Shown one piece after another: positions 49,355-61,000 of a stretch of 64,000 nt of DNA. The DNA is from a virus (Duplodnaviria; Caudoviricetes): positions 32,001 through 96,000 of the IMG/VR virus record IMGVR_UViG_3300031992_000031; one strand, 5' to 3'. The translations under genes were made by a program, and so were the position numbers. The first letter of the stretch is position 1; each line of letters starts with the position of its first letter. Below the pieces are notes generated by a model. It was not told where the DNA came from. It did no database searches and saw only the letters and a list, made by a program, of their open reading frames with translations.

Positions 49355-49978
49355 ATGACCATAAACTATTGTGGCCTTGTAGAGTAATCTACATTGAATA
49401 ACCTGTCTAATTCGGGGAAAATCTCTATGAGATAACCGCCGAGCTAAACTTCGTAAGAAGAAATGTGGAACGACTAGCTGAAAAGCGTAGCCTCAAGTGA
49501 GGCGAAAAGACAGGAACCCTACATTTTGAGGGTTGTGATATAGTCTGAACTTTATGGCGACATAAAGCAGTTCATAAGAGAACGAATATAGATTAACGAC
49601 CTATATTGAACATTTTGTAATAGTGAACGTGTATTAAACTTTTTAAAGGAAAATTATGGCAAGGAATTTAGTAAGCAGGAAATCGCGGATGCCCTGGGCA
49701 TTTCTCTATCTGCTGTAATTGGGAGCATCAATCCTCTAGAAAAGAAAGGTTATTCTCATGTAACCCGTGAAGAAGTAATTGAACTGGAGCCCGCTACGGA
49801 AACTCGTAAGGCAAAGACTAAGACCGTTAAGTATCATACTCTAACTGAAGAGGGTCTAGCTTATGATCCTATTGCTGAGGAAGCCGAAAAGATCGCCGCG
49901 AAGCAGGCAGAAAAAGAGCGTAAGGCCGCAGAAAAGGCAGCTGCGAAAGCCGCTAAGGAAGCAGAAGCAACATTTTAA
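49355..49978 (+). CDS. Winged-HTH DNA-binding protein with Lys/Ala-rich tail, spliced (exons 49355-49362 and 49618-49978; 122 aa)
   Basis: Spliced product MTINSERVLNFLKE..SKQEIADALGISLSAVIGSINPLEKKG..KAAEKAAAKAAKE. Confidence 0.8.
49363..49617 (+). mobile_element. Group I intron (255 nt, no ORF)
   Basis: P1 CCAT/GTGG with U-G at the 5' splice site; P10 ACTATTG/TAATAGT; P7 GACTA/TAGTC (AACGACTAG..GATATAGTCT); terminal omega-G at 49617. Confidence 0.88.
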
Positions 49979-50018
49979 TTTATAACAAATCGAAGCAAAA
50001 TAAAAGGAGAAAAGTAAA

Positions 50019-50921
50019 ATGAAAAGTATTCAGATTCAGTCAACTAACAAACTTAATTTGGCAGGTAAACTGTTGGATGTAACTACTGGTAGTGGAAGTC
50101 TGTCTGATGGACGTCCATATCAGCGTGCGACCGTAACGGTTCGCGTGACTCAGACTTATGGCGGAAAGGAAGAAACCAGTGATGTTCAGGTTGGCATGTT
50201 CGCGACCGAATTCACTTCTACTGGTAAGCCGAATCCCGCATGGAAGAGTCTAAATGACCTGAAACTCATGAAGACTGCGCAGAATGTAGGCATTGATAAT
50301 GCTTCTCATGTGCGTCTTACAGGAGCAACTTTGCAGGAGAATAATTTTGTATCTAGGAGCGGTCAGCTAATTAATGGTTGGCAGATTCGTGGCAGCTTTA
50401 TTAATGAAGCTAAGGTTGCGGATGTAGCTTCTTTTGTAACCGATATCTTTATAATGGATATGCATGATGAAGTTGATCGTGAAGGCGACACAACTGGTCG
50501 TTTGATTATTAAGGGCGGTATTGTACAGTATGGTGGAAAGCTCGACGTTGTAGAGTTCATTGTTGAGGCTCCCGATACTGTTGAATATATTTCTCGTAAC
50601 TGGGAAGTTAATGGTACAGTTACTGTTAAAGGACGTATTCGTGTTCTTTCTCAGGAAGAAGAAGTTCAGTCCAGTGGATGGGGCGAAGATGTACCTGAAA
50701 CTACAACTCGCTTCGTGCGCGAACTGATTATCACTACTGGTGATGATGAATGTAAGGAAGAAGATTTCGCGTATGACCCAGTTGAGATTAAGAAAGCGTT
50801 TAATGACCGTAAGGCGGCTATTGAACAGCTTCAGATTAACGCACGGAACACAGCCCCGAAGCAGGGTGCTGGAAGTGCTAACTCTGCGGAAGCTTCCTCT
50901 AAGAAGTATGATTGGGAGTAA
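50019..50921 (+). CDS. Probable single-stranded DNA-binding protein
   Basis: Two OB-like halves, flexible tail ending YDWE, replication context. Confidence 0.6.
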   Translation: MKSIQIQSTNKLNLAGKLLDVTTGSGSLSDGRPYQRATVTVRVTQTYGGKEETSDVQVGMFATEFTSTGKPNPAWKSLNDLKLMKTAQNVGIDNASHVRLTGATLQENNFVSRSGQLINGWQIRGSFINEAKVADVASFVTDIFIMDMHDEVDREGDTTGRLIIKGGIVQYGGKLDVVEFIVEAPDTVEYISRNWEVNGTVTVKGRIRVLSQEEEVQSSGWGEDVPETTTRFVRELIITTGDDECKEEDFAYDPVEIKKAFNDRKAAIEQLQINARNTAPKQGAGSANSAEASSKKYDWE

Positions 50922-51056
50922 TTGTAAGTCAATCCAGTGGTAGGAGTGATTAAAAGCACACCTGGCAATTGAAAACTTACAATGTGATAGAGGAAAAGGG
51001 CATAAGAATTGGCTTATGCCCTACCTCGGACATTCATATGAAAGGAGGAAAATAAA

Positions 51057-52055
51057 ATGGCAGATATTGATATTTTCTCTCTTGAACCATCAAAGATTTC
51101 AAGAGACTTGAAGGGTAAATTCCTTCTTATTTATGGTCAGCCAAAGACCGGTAAATCCACATTTGGTAGCCAGCTACCCCGTGCGCTATTTATGAACTTC
51201 GAGCAAGGCACTAACGCGCTAGCTGGTATTAAGAGCCAGCCAATTCTGCGTTGGACTGATGCAAAAAAGGTTCTTACACAGCTACGAAAACCACAGGCAA
51301 GAGAAATCTATGATACAATTGTAGTTGATACTGCTTCTATTGCTTGGCAACTATGTGAAAAATATATTTGCCAACGCGAGAATCAAGAAAGTATTCGGGA
51401 TATAGCTTGGGGCCAAGGCTGGAATATGTTAAAGCAGGAATTTTCTGAGTTTTGGCGTGAAATTACATTACTAGGATTCGGTATTTTATTCATTGCGCAT
51501 AGTAAAGAAAAGCCAACTGAAATGCGTACAGAAGATGGCGAGACAATTACCGCTGTGTGTCCAGATTTGCCGAACCAGTGTTATACAATTATCAACTCTA
51601 TTGTTGATATTATTGGTTACTTACAGGTTCAGATGAACCCTGATGGCACTTCAGAACGTTTCCTGTATACACGTTCTACACCTACAATATTTGCTGGTAG
51701 TCGTTATCAGTATCTTGCACCTAAGATTAAATTTGGTTATCAAGAACTTGTAGATGCAATTGGCGATGCAATTGATAAAGCGGTTGAGCTGGATGGCGCT
51801 GAAGTAACCGATCATACCGAGATGGCGCAGATTAAAGATCGTCCATTTGCTGAAGTTATGACTGAAGCAAGAGAAGTATGGGGCGCATATCTTGGAAAAG
51901 CAATAAATGAGGAAGAAAAAGATCAGCATTTAGCGATTATGAAGGATATTATAAAGAGAGTATTTGGTTCCGAAGATTTCAAGTTAAGTCAGGCAGTTCC
52001 TTCACAATCCTCACTTGTTGAATACTTTATTGATGAAGTAAAACAGTTGATGTAA
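51057..52055 (+). CDS. AAA_24 (Sak4-like) ATPase
   Basis: YGQPKTGKST, VVDT, FIAH. Confidence 0.75.
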   Translation: MADIDIFSLEPSKISRDLKGKFLLIYGQPKTGKSTFGSQLPRALFMNFEQGTNALAGIKSQPILRWTDAKKVLTQLRKPQAREIYDTIVVDTASIAWQLCEKYICQRENQESIRDIAWGQGWNMLKQEFSEFWREITLLGFGILFIAHSKEKPTEMRTEDGETITAVCPDLPNQCYTIINSIVDIIGYLQVQMNPDGTSERFLYTRSTPTIFAGSRYQYLAPKIKFGYQELVDAIGDAIDKAVELDGAEVTDHTEMAQIKDRPFAEVMTEAREVWGAYLGKAINEEEKDQHLAIMKDIIKRVFGSEDFKLSQAVPSQSSLVEYFIDEVKQLM

Positions 52056-52058
52056 TAT

Positions 52059-52161
52059 AAATATAGTGGCGGAATAGGTAGACGCTTGGACACGTGCAAG
52101 GAATGATACTGATTGTTACATGAACACATTCTATGTAAGGTGCGAATCCTTACCTATATTT
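52059..52161 (+). ncRNA. Second tRNA-Leu-like RNA lacking a canonical anticodon arm
   Basis: Acceptor AAATATAG/CTATATTT; D-arm GCGGAATAGGTAGACGC; T-arm GTAAGG TGCGAAT CCTTAC. Confidence 0.6.
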
Positions 52162-52162
52162 T

Positions 52163-52184
52163 AGAGCCGAAAGGCTCTTTTTTA
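52163..52184 (+). terminator. Intrinsic terminator
   Basis: AGAGCC GAAA GGCTCT plus T-run. Confidence 0.85.
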
Positions 52185-52245
52185 TTTGACTTTTTTTATA
52201 AATTATAGTATACTTTATATAGAATAAAAGTATAGGAGTGGTTAT

Positions 52246-52731
52246 ATGAAACTAACCCGGAAATGTAAAGGTTGTGGACAAGAAATTCGTAAAGATGAAA
52301 TGATTCAGTATGCTACGTTAAGCGGCAAAACCACATATTGGTTTTGTAAGCCTTGTTATGAAGAAAGAATGGAAAGAGAACGTTTTCAAAACAAGGTATG
52401 CCAAATTTTTGGAATAAAGTCTCCTGGGCCAATTATTTGGACACAAAGAAAAAAATTGCGGGATACATATGGCTATACTGATGATGCAATTGTAGATTGT
52501 TTAGATTATATTTATAATGTTCAGCATAAGAATATTCTGTCTGAATCATTGGTATTAATAAATCCTAAAAGTATGAATCAAATGAAAGCATGGAAAGCTG
52601 AACAGCGTGGTAAGGCTGGAAGTATCGCGGCCGCAATCAATACGATGGAAGTAAAAGAATATATTGTTCCAATTAGAGAAAATAAGAAGAAAAAAGAAGA
52701 AATAAATCTAGACGATGCGTTGCTAGAGTAA
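52246..52731 (+). CDS. Zn-finger protein upstream of helicase (possible loader)
   Basis: CKGC..CKPC; position before dnaB. Confidence 0.6.
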   Translation: MKLTRKCKGCGQEIRKDEMIQYATLSGKTTYWFCKPCYEERMERERFQNKVCQIFGIKSPGPIIWTQRKKLRDTYGYTDDAIVDCLDYIYNVQHKNILSESLVLINPKSMNQMKAWKAEQRGKAGSIAAAINTMEVKEYIVPIRENKKKKEEINLDDALLE

Positions 52732-52743
52732 AGGAGGAATTAT

Positions 52744-54339
52744 ATGACGCTATCCGATTCTTATGCTTATATGCAGGTTATCGGTTGCTTAATGTATAAA
52801 CCTCTATTATTTTTGGAATATCCAGACATACAACCACAGGATTTTGATCTAAGACCTGCGAGGGTATGTCTTCTTGCTATTAAAAAATTATATGAGGCGG
52901 GCGCTACTGTATTGACCCCACTTGAAGTGGATCAAGAAATCGAAAGAAGTGGTGCCGCAGCGGCACAAGTATATAAGGCCGAAGGCGGCCTAGACTTTTT
53001 AAAAAATTCTTATGAATACGCCCAATTAGGCAACTTTGAATTACATTATAAAAGAGTAAAAAAGTATTCATTATTAAGAAGATTACAGAAAGCACATTAT
53101 GATATTAGTAAATATTATATAGCAGATAAAGATGTCAAGGACCCTCAATTAGAGGTTGAAATTATTGAGAGATTAGAAAAAGCATCATTAGAAGATATAT
53201 TAAATAATGTAGAAAAAGAATATAGTGAAATTAGAAATGATTTTTTGAATGGCGGCAGAACCAAGGGCGACCCAGCAGAAGGACTTACAACTCTAATTGA
53301 AGATTTACGTAAGTCTCCAAGTATTGGGCCAAGTCTTGAAGGAAAAATATTTAGTTCGGTATGTAGAGGCGCGCGAGAAGGGTGCTTTTTCCTTAAAAGT
53401 GCTAGTACAAGTGCTGGTAAATCTCGTACAAGTATATTTGATGCTTGTCATATTGCATATCCAAAAAGATGGTCCCATGAAAAGAATACATTTATAGAAG
53501 AAATACAGGCAGATGGAACGCCGCGAGAGCCAAGAAAAGTATTATTCATCGTAACTGAAATGGATAAAGAAGAACTTCAAACAATTATGTTGGCATATCT
53601 ATCAGGAGTAGATGAAGATAATATTTTGACTGGAAATTATGACTTAGGAGAATTAACCAGAGTGCGCCAAGCCGCAAAGATAATTGAAGAATACAGTGGT
53701 TATTTTATAGTTGAAGAAATAAGCGATCCTAATCTTCAAAATGTCGAAGCTACGATTCGTAAGTATGCGACAGTAGATGAAGTTAAATATGTATTTTTTG
53801 ATTATATTCATTCAACTGCGAGTATGATTAATCAATTTTCAAAAAATAATATCAGAGAAGATGTTATTTTGATGATGATGGCAAACCAGCTGAAACAATT
53901 AGCAAAAGATTATGGTTTGTTTATCTTCTCAGCAACACAGGTTAATGCACTTGCAATGGGCGATGAGGAAATGAATTTTAAAGATGAAAAGAGTATCCGT
54001 GGTGCGAAAGCTATCGCTGATAAAGCAGATATGGGATATGTAATGACAAGAGTCCCAGAGAAGGGTTGGCAATCAATCGTTCCGACTTTAAAACAAGCTG
54101 CGAGAGAGGGCACAATAACAGCGGATATAATAGATAATCCTCCAACTCATGTATTGGATATATATAAAATGCGGCGTGGCCGCTATAAAATGATTAGAAT
54201 ATGGTGTAGAATCCATTTGGGCACAGGAGAAAGAAAAGATTTATTTATAACAAATGCGGTAAATCAACCGATTAGTGAGCCGATAGATATATTTTCAAGT
54301 GCGAGTGAGCGAATAATTACAATTTAGGAAGAAGGATGA
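52744..54339 (+). CDS. dnaB: Replicative DnaB-like helicase (TAG at 54325 probably read through to TGA)
   Basis: STSAGKS, TEM, FDYI, ATQVN, GAKAIADKAD, KMRRG. Confidence 0.85.
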
Positions 54340-54342
54340 TAA

Positions 54343-55464
54343 ATGACAGCATCATTACAAGGCTTAGATCCAGAATTAGAATTATTAGATATTACAATAC
54401 AAGATATTATTAATTCAATTACATTAGATGATGTACGGATTTTTCTAGAAAGTTTAGGCGTAGATCAGATAGCGGTTTATGAAGATAAAGGATATCTGGT
54501 ATGCCCAACCATCTGTCATAATCCATTAGATGAAGCAGAATCAATGAAATTATATTGGTATCAAAATAATAAAATCTTTAAATGTTATACTGAATGTAAT
54601 GAATCTATGTCAATCTTTACTCTATATCAAAAATTTATGAGAATAAATTATCATAGAGTAGAATTTAATGAAGCGGTTGATTATGTTAAGAAGTGTATAA
54701 AACATATTACATTATCTAATCAGAAAAAATATAAGTCGATTGTTGATTTTGACAGATATAAATTTGATTCTTCGATTCCTAAACTTACAGAATACCCAAG
54801 ACAAATGTTATCATATTTTCTTCCATATCATCATCCATTGTGGTTAAAAGATGGTATTCAACCAGAGGTAATGGATAAGTTTCATATAGGTTTTTGGAAT
54901 AGAGAAAATAAAATAACTATCCCGCATTTTGATATTAATGGAAGATTAGTTGGCATTCGCGCGCGAGCGCTTAACCAAGAAGAAGTAGAAGCATATGGAA
55001 AATATAGACCGGTTCAGATAGGAGATACATTATATGCTCATCCACTTCATTTTAACTTATATGGAATATATGAGCATCAAAACGCTATTAGAAAGCGTAG
55101 AAGCGCAATAATCGCAGAGGGAGAAAAATCTGTATTGTTAGATGAAGGATATTATGGTGACCTAAGTAATACAGTCGCATGTTGTGGTTCTAATTTAAAT
55201 AAATTTCAAGTTAGCTTGCTAACAAATATACTCGGCGCAAATGAAATAACAATTGCCTTTGATAAGGAATATGAGGATTGGCGCTCAAATGAAGCACGAG
55301 AATATCGTGTTAAAATAGAAAATATGTGTAAGAAATATAAATGGCAGGCTACTTTTTATTATATATGGGACATGGATAATCTTTTAGGACATAAAGATAG
55401 TCCATTTGATAGGGGCAAAGAAGTTTTTGAAGAACTTTATAAACATAGGATAAGAGTGAGATAA
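54343..55464 (+). CDS. dnaG: DNA primase
   Basis: Zn domain CHN..CYTEC, IPH..G..VGIRAR, TOPRIM AEGEKS, AFD. Confidence 0.85.
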   Translation: MTASLQGLDPELELLDITIQDIINSITLDDVRIFLESLGVDQIAVYEDKGYLVCPTICHNPLDEAESMKLYWYQNNKIFKCYTECNESMSIFTLYQKFMRINYHRVEFNEAVDYVKKCIKHITLSNQKKYKSIVDFDRYKFDSSIPKLTEYPRQMLSYFLPYHHPLWLKDGIQPEVMDKFHIGFWNRENKITIPHFDINGRLVGIRARALNQEEVEAYGKYRPVQIGDTLYAHPLHFNLYGIYEHQNAIRKRRSAIIAEGEKSVLLDEGYYGDLSNTVACCGSNLNKFQVSLLTNILGANEITIAFDKEYEDWRSNEAREYRVKIENMCKKYKWQATFYYIWDMDNLLGHKDSPFDRGKEVFEELYKHRIRVR

Positions 55465-55629
55465 TATGAAATATAATTTAGAAATAGAAAAAAATAAACA
55501 ATGTTGGTTATATAAATATAATTGTCCATGCCGTACTGGAGGCTGCTATGGATTACCAGATGAAGGTTGTCCAGTATACGAATGGTTTAAACAAGTTATT
55601 GAATATCAAGAAAGGAGTAATGATATGAA

Positions 55630-57402
55630 ATGAAATATAGACTACGAAATAATTATAGTACAAATCCTGATAAAGCATTAAAAGAAATATTAAAAGATAG
55701 AGGAGTCATAGATATTGAAAATTTTATGAATCCTACGCAGAATTGTGAATTAGACCCTTATAATTTGGTTAATATTGATTCCGCCGCGGAAAGACTTCTC
55801 TACCATCTAAGAAAAAATAGTAAAATACTTTTTATTGTAGACGCTGATGCTGATGGATATACAAGTAGTTCTATCTTGTGGCTGTATATTAAACATATTT
55901 TCCCAGAGGCACAATTAGAATTTACAGTGCATACTCATAAACAGCATGGTTTAGATGATAAAATAGATTGGATTTGTGATGAAGCACGCTGGGACTTGGT
56001 ACTTTGTCCCGATGCCGCGAGTTATGATATAACAGAACATAAAATGCTCGGTGAACTTGGTATGGATGTAATTTGTCTTGATCATCATGAGCAATTATAC
56101 GATGAAAATGGAAATCCTGTAATTTCAAATATTCCAACAGCTATTATAGTAAATAATCAACTATCACCTAATTATTCTAATAAATCATTATGTGGCGCAG
56201 GAGTGGTATATAAATTTTGTGAGGTTCTAGATGAAAAGCTAGGTATCCAACAGGCACATAATTATATTGATTTAGCTGCGTTGGGTGAAATCGCTGATGT
56301 TATGGATAGAACAGATACTGAAACTAATTATATTATGATGGAAGGTCTAAAAAATATTCATAATGAAGGATTCCGCACGCTAATTGAGGCTCAATCTTAT
56401 AATTTGAAAGAAAAAGCTGTATCTCCATATCCAGGATTAAATCCAATAGATATAGCTTTCTATATTGCTCCACTAATTAATGCTATCACCCGCGTTGGTA
56501 CGCAGCAAGAAAAAGAAACACTATTTTATTGTTTCATAGAACCAAATAAAGCCATTCAAAGTAGTAAGCGTGGTGCTCGCCCAGGTGATATTGAATATGC
56601 CGCGGAACAAACAGCTCGTGTTGGTAAGAATGCGAAAGCGCGTCAAGATAGACTAAAAGAACAGGCTATTGGTATTATTGATTTTAAAATTCAAAAAGAT
56701 GGGCTAGACGATAATAATATTATTATCGTAGAGTTAGATGGGTCTGATAATATTCCGCAGGAATTAACTGGTCTAATTGCTATGAATATAGTAAATAAAT
56801 ATCATAAACCAGTTATGATTGGCCGCAGAAATAATCATAATGAAATACAGGGCAGTATCCGTTCTGATGGAAATTTTGCTGGATTGCCTAGTTTTAAAAA
56901 GTTCCTTGAAGATAGCGGATTAGTTACTTATACAGCTGGTCATGATAATGCCGCGGGTTGGGGCCTAAATGGAGATAAGTTAGATTCTCTACTTAAATAC
57001 GCAAATAAGAATCTAAAAGTAGAAGATTTTGAAAATTGTTATATTGTGGATTATGTATTAGACGGTAGTGATTATAACGATGAACTATTGGGCTGTTTGG
57101 CAGCGCATCCGGAGTACTTTGGTAATCATATAGAAGAGCCAATGTTTATCATTAAGAATATTCCACTAATGAATATTATGGCAATGGGAACTAATAAAGA
57201 TAGTATGAAAATTTCATATAACGGTATTGATTATGTGAAATTTAAAGATTTAGATTTTGTAGATGAAATTACTAAGAATCGCACAAAAAAGCTAACTGTC
57301 TATGGGCGCGCAAACCTTAATGAATGGATGGGCAAGCAATCAGTACAAGTCTTTATTACAGATTATGAATTAGTAGAAGATACTAGTAAATATGAATTTT
57401 GA
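55630..57402 (+). CDS. recJ: RecJ-like DHH exonuclease
   Basis: DADADG, LDHH, LCGAGV, GSIR, AGHDNAAG. Confidence 0.87.
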   Translation: MKYRLRNNYSTNPDKALKEILKDRGVIDIENFMNPTQNCELDPYNLVNIDSAAERLLYHLRKNSKILFIVDADADGYTSSSILWLYIKHIFPEAQLEFTVHTHKQHGLDDKIDWICDEARWDLVLCPDAASYDITEHKMLGELGMDVICLDHHEQLYDENGNPVISNIPTAIIVNNQLSPNYSNKSLCGAGVVYKFCEVLDEKLGIQQAHNYIDLAALGEIADVMDRTDTETNYIMMEGLKNIHNEGFRTLIEAQSYNLKEKAVSPYPGLNPIDIAFYIAPLINAITRVGTQQEKETLFYCFIEPNKAIQSSKRGARPGDIEYAAEQTARVGKNAKARQDRLKEQAIGIIDFKIQKDGLDDNNIIIVELDGSDNIPQELTGLIAMNIVNKYHKPVMIGRRNNHNEIQGSIRSDGNFAGLPSFKKFLEDSGLVTYTAGHDNAAGWGLNGDKLDSLLKYANKNLKVEDFENCYIVDYVLDGSDYNDELLGCLAAHPEYFGNHIEEPMFIIKNIPLMNIMAMGTNKDSMKISYNGIDYVKFKDLDFVDEITKNRTKKLTVYGRANLNEWMGKQSVQVFITDYELVEDTSKYEF

Positions 57403-57586
57403 GGTATAATATGACAGTAAAAGAGCTAGTTGAAAAATTACAAGAAATGCCGCAAGACTTACTTGTGGTAGATTGGGGACATTTTCACATAGAAGGTTGT
57501 CATATTGTTGAAGGATATGAAGATGGAGATGGAGCTAATCCTAACTGTCCTATCTTAACTGTAGTAATGATTGATTGAGGTGTAGC

Positions 57587-57982
57587 ATGAAATTAATATT
57601 ACTGTTTGTAATGATATTTTGCCATATTGTAGATGATTATTATTTACAAGGAATATTAGCAAAGATGAAACAAAGAAAATGGTGGATAGAGAATGCGCCA
57701 AATCCTATGTATAAAGGTGATTATAAAGTAGCCTTAATAGTACATGGTTTTTCTTGGGCTTTTATGATATTATTACCATTATTAGTTTATGGAATTATAA
57801 ATAATTATGGTGAGATGTTTTTCTATTTTGATTATCCATTATTTCTACTGTGGAATACATTCTTGCACGCTTATATAGATAATGAAAAGGCAAATAAATT
57901 AGAGATAAATTTAATTACAGACCAAACATTACATTTAATTCAGATAGCTATAACATATATAGTATTTCTGTTTTGGCATTGA
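57587..57982 (+). CDS. DUF3307-like membrane protein
   Basis: HIVDDYYLQ, H..ID..K, DQTLH. Confidence 0.7.
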   Translation: MKLILLFVMIFCHIVDDYYLQGILAKMKQRKWWIENAPNPMYKGDYKVALIVHGFSWAFMILLPLLVYGIINNYGEMFFYFDYPLFLLWNTFLHAYIDNEKANKLEINLITDQTLHLIQIAITYIVFLFWH

Positions 57983-58032
57983 CAAAAGTTTAATTTTGTG
58001 ATATAATAGATATAGTAGAAAGAGGTGAGAAA

Positions 58033-61000
58033 ATGTCACAATATCCAGGTAGTGTGCACAATCATACTGAATATAGTAATGAAACTTTGCGCGATTGTAT
58101 TAACACTGTACAAGGTTTGATTGATTTAGCCATAGAACTTGGGCATGAGTGTGTTGCAATAACAGACCATGAAACTATATCAAGTTATATTAAGGCAGAA
58201 AAATATTATAAGAAGATTAAAGAAAAGCATCCAGATTTTAAGTTGATTCGCGGCAATGAGATTTATCTTACAAGAAATGGTTTAACCGCGAAAAATTATG
58301 ACAAGACAAAAGATAAATATTTTCACTTTATTCTTCTCGCAAAAGATATTGAAGGATATAAACAAATTTGTGAATTATCTACGAGAGCATGGCAGCGTTC
58401 ATATATGAGTCGGCGCCAGCGTAGACGTCCAACTTATTATCAAGATTTGAAAGATATCGTAAAGCCGAATCAAGGGCATTTGATTGCAAGTAGTGCTTGT
58501 TTAGGCTCACAGTTGGATAAGTTCTTACTTCAATATATGGACACTGGTGATGAACAATATTTTGATACGGCTCGCCGCTGGTGCGAATACATTGAAGATA
58601 TATTTGGTTCTGGAAACTTTTATCTTGAACTACAACCGTCTGATAATAAAGAACAGATATTTGTTAATAAACAACTGTTAAGATTGTCAGAAATGTTAGG
58701 TATCAATTATATCATAACAACTGATAGTCATTATGGACGTCCAGAAGATGCTCCAATTCACGAAGCATTTCTTAACTCACAAGATGGTGATCGTGAAGTA
58801 AAAAGTTTTTATGCCACAACTTATATGATGAAAGATGAAGAGATTAGAAGTTTTCTTCCATATCTTACATCTGAACAGATTGAAGCGGCATATACAGCGA
58901 TTCGAGAAATTAAGAATAAATGCGAAGATTTTAGTATCTTAAAGCCGCTAAAAATCCCAAGTTTGCCGTGGCGTGAGTTTGATGTAAGTAATGATGAAAT
59001 TGAAGATGCTATTGAAAAGATTCCAGAACTTGAAAAGTTTTTAGCATCAGAATATCGAGCAGATAATAAATTGGTAGAAGCGGTTGTTGAAGGTATAAGA
59101 AAACATCCAGATTTACAAAATGAAAAAGCATATGAAGCATTAAATGAATGTCTTGAGATGACTTGGGTGTCTTCAGAAGTAAATAAAGCACAATGGTCAG
59201 CATACTTCTTAAATCTTCAGAAAATTATTGATGAGTGTTGGAATGCTGGAACATTGGTTATGCCAGCACGTGGTTCTGGTATGGGATTTGTTCTTCTGTA
59301 TGCTTTGGATATTATTCAGATAAATTGTCTACGTGAAAAGACTAAAACTTATCCTTGGAGGTTTTTGAACCCGGCGCGTGTATCAGTACTTGATATTGAT
59401 GTAGATATTGAGGGTGTTCGTAGAGCACAGGTTCTAGAACATTTAAGAAAGGTATATGGTGAAAATCGTGTATCTAATGTTGCGACGTTTAAGACAGAAA
59501 AATCTAAATCGGCGATTCAAACAGCTTGTCGTGGATTGGGTATTGATAATGATGAAGCGTCTTATATTTCAAATTTAATTCAAGCTGAACGTGGTCAGGT
59601 ATTCACTTTGAAGCAAACATATTATGGTGATGAAGAAAATGGTTTGGCACCCAACCAAGCATTTATAAATGAAGTGAGTAAGCATCCTGGACTTTGGGAA
59701 GTTGCTCAAAGAATTGAAGGATTGATTTGCGGTCAAGGTATCCATGCAGGTGGCGTAGTTTTCACAGATGAAGACTTTACAGAAAGTAGCGCATTGATGC
59801 GCGCGCCCGATGGCACAGTAATTACCCAATTTGAACTTCATGACCTTGAAGATGTTTCAATGATTAAGATGGACTTGTTAAGCGTTGAAGCTGCGGATAA
59901 GATTCATACTTGTCTTGATTTGTTAGTAGAGCAAGGTTATATTAAACAATATCCAACTTTAAGAGAAACATATGAAAATGCTCTTGGAGTTTATAAAATA
60001 AATCGTGATGATAAAAAGATGTGGGACATGGTTCAGAACCATGAAATAGTCAGTTTGTTTCAGATGGAACAACAGAGTGGAGTTCGCGGGATTGCGTTGA
60101 CACACCCGCGGAGTGTTGACGAACTAGCAGTTCTTAATTCTGTTATCCGTCTAATGGCTACTGAAAAAGGCGCAGAAAGTCCATTGGATAAATATGCGAG
60201 ATTTAGGGAGAATCCGAAAGCATGGGATAGAGAAATGCAACAGATGGGTTTAACCGAAGAACAAAGAGCAATTATGCATCGTGAATTGGATATATCCGAT
60301 GGTATGTCAATCACACAAGAACAGTTTATGCAGTTAGTTCAGTTGCCGGAATGCGGTGGCTGGGATTTACAATGGGCTGATAAACTTCGTAAATCAATTG
60401 CTAAAAAGAATCCTAAAGATTATGATGCCTTAACTAAACAGTTTTTTGATAACGTTAAGGAAAAGGGATTAAACGAAAAGTTCTGTCATTATGTATGGGA
60501 TGTTGAAGTAGCATTGAGCCGTGGATATGGATTTAATGCGGCACACACTTACTCGTATTCAATGATAGCACTTCAAGAAATGAATCTCGCACGATTCTAT
60601 CCAATCATCTTCTGGAACACCGCGAACTTAATTGTAGATAGCGGTGGTATTCAAACTGAAGAGGTTGAAGATGAAGATGAGGGTTTAGATGTTGAACCCG
60701 AAGCTGAAGAAGAAGATGACGAAGATGAAGAAGAGTGGGAAGAGGAAAATGAGGTAACCGAGGGTGAAAAAGAGGATAAGAAAAAAGAAAAGACAAAATC
60801 TGTGGACTACGGCAAAGTGGCATCAGCGATTGGACGGTTCGATAGTTACGGAATTAAAGTTTCACCGCCCAACATTAACAGTTCTTCTTATAGTTTCACC
60901 CCAGTTGTGGAACGAAATGAAATCCTATATGGGTTGCGAGGTATCACACGGTTATCTACGTCCATTATTAAAGAGATTATGGAAATGCGCCCATTTGACT

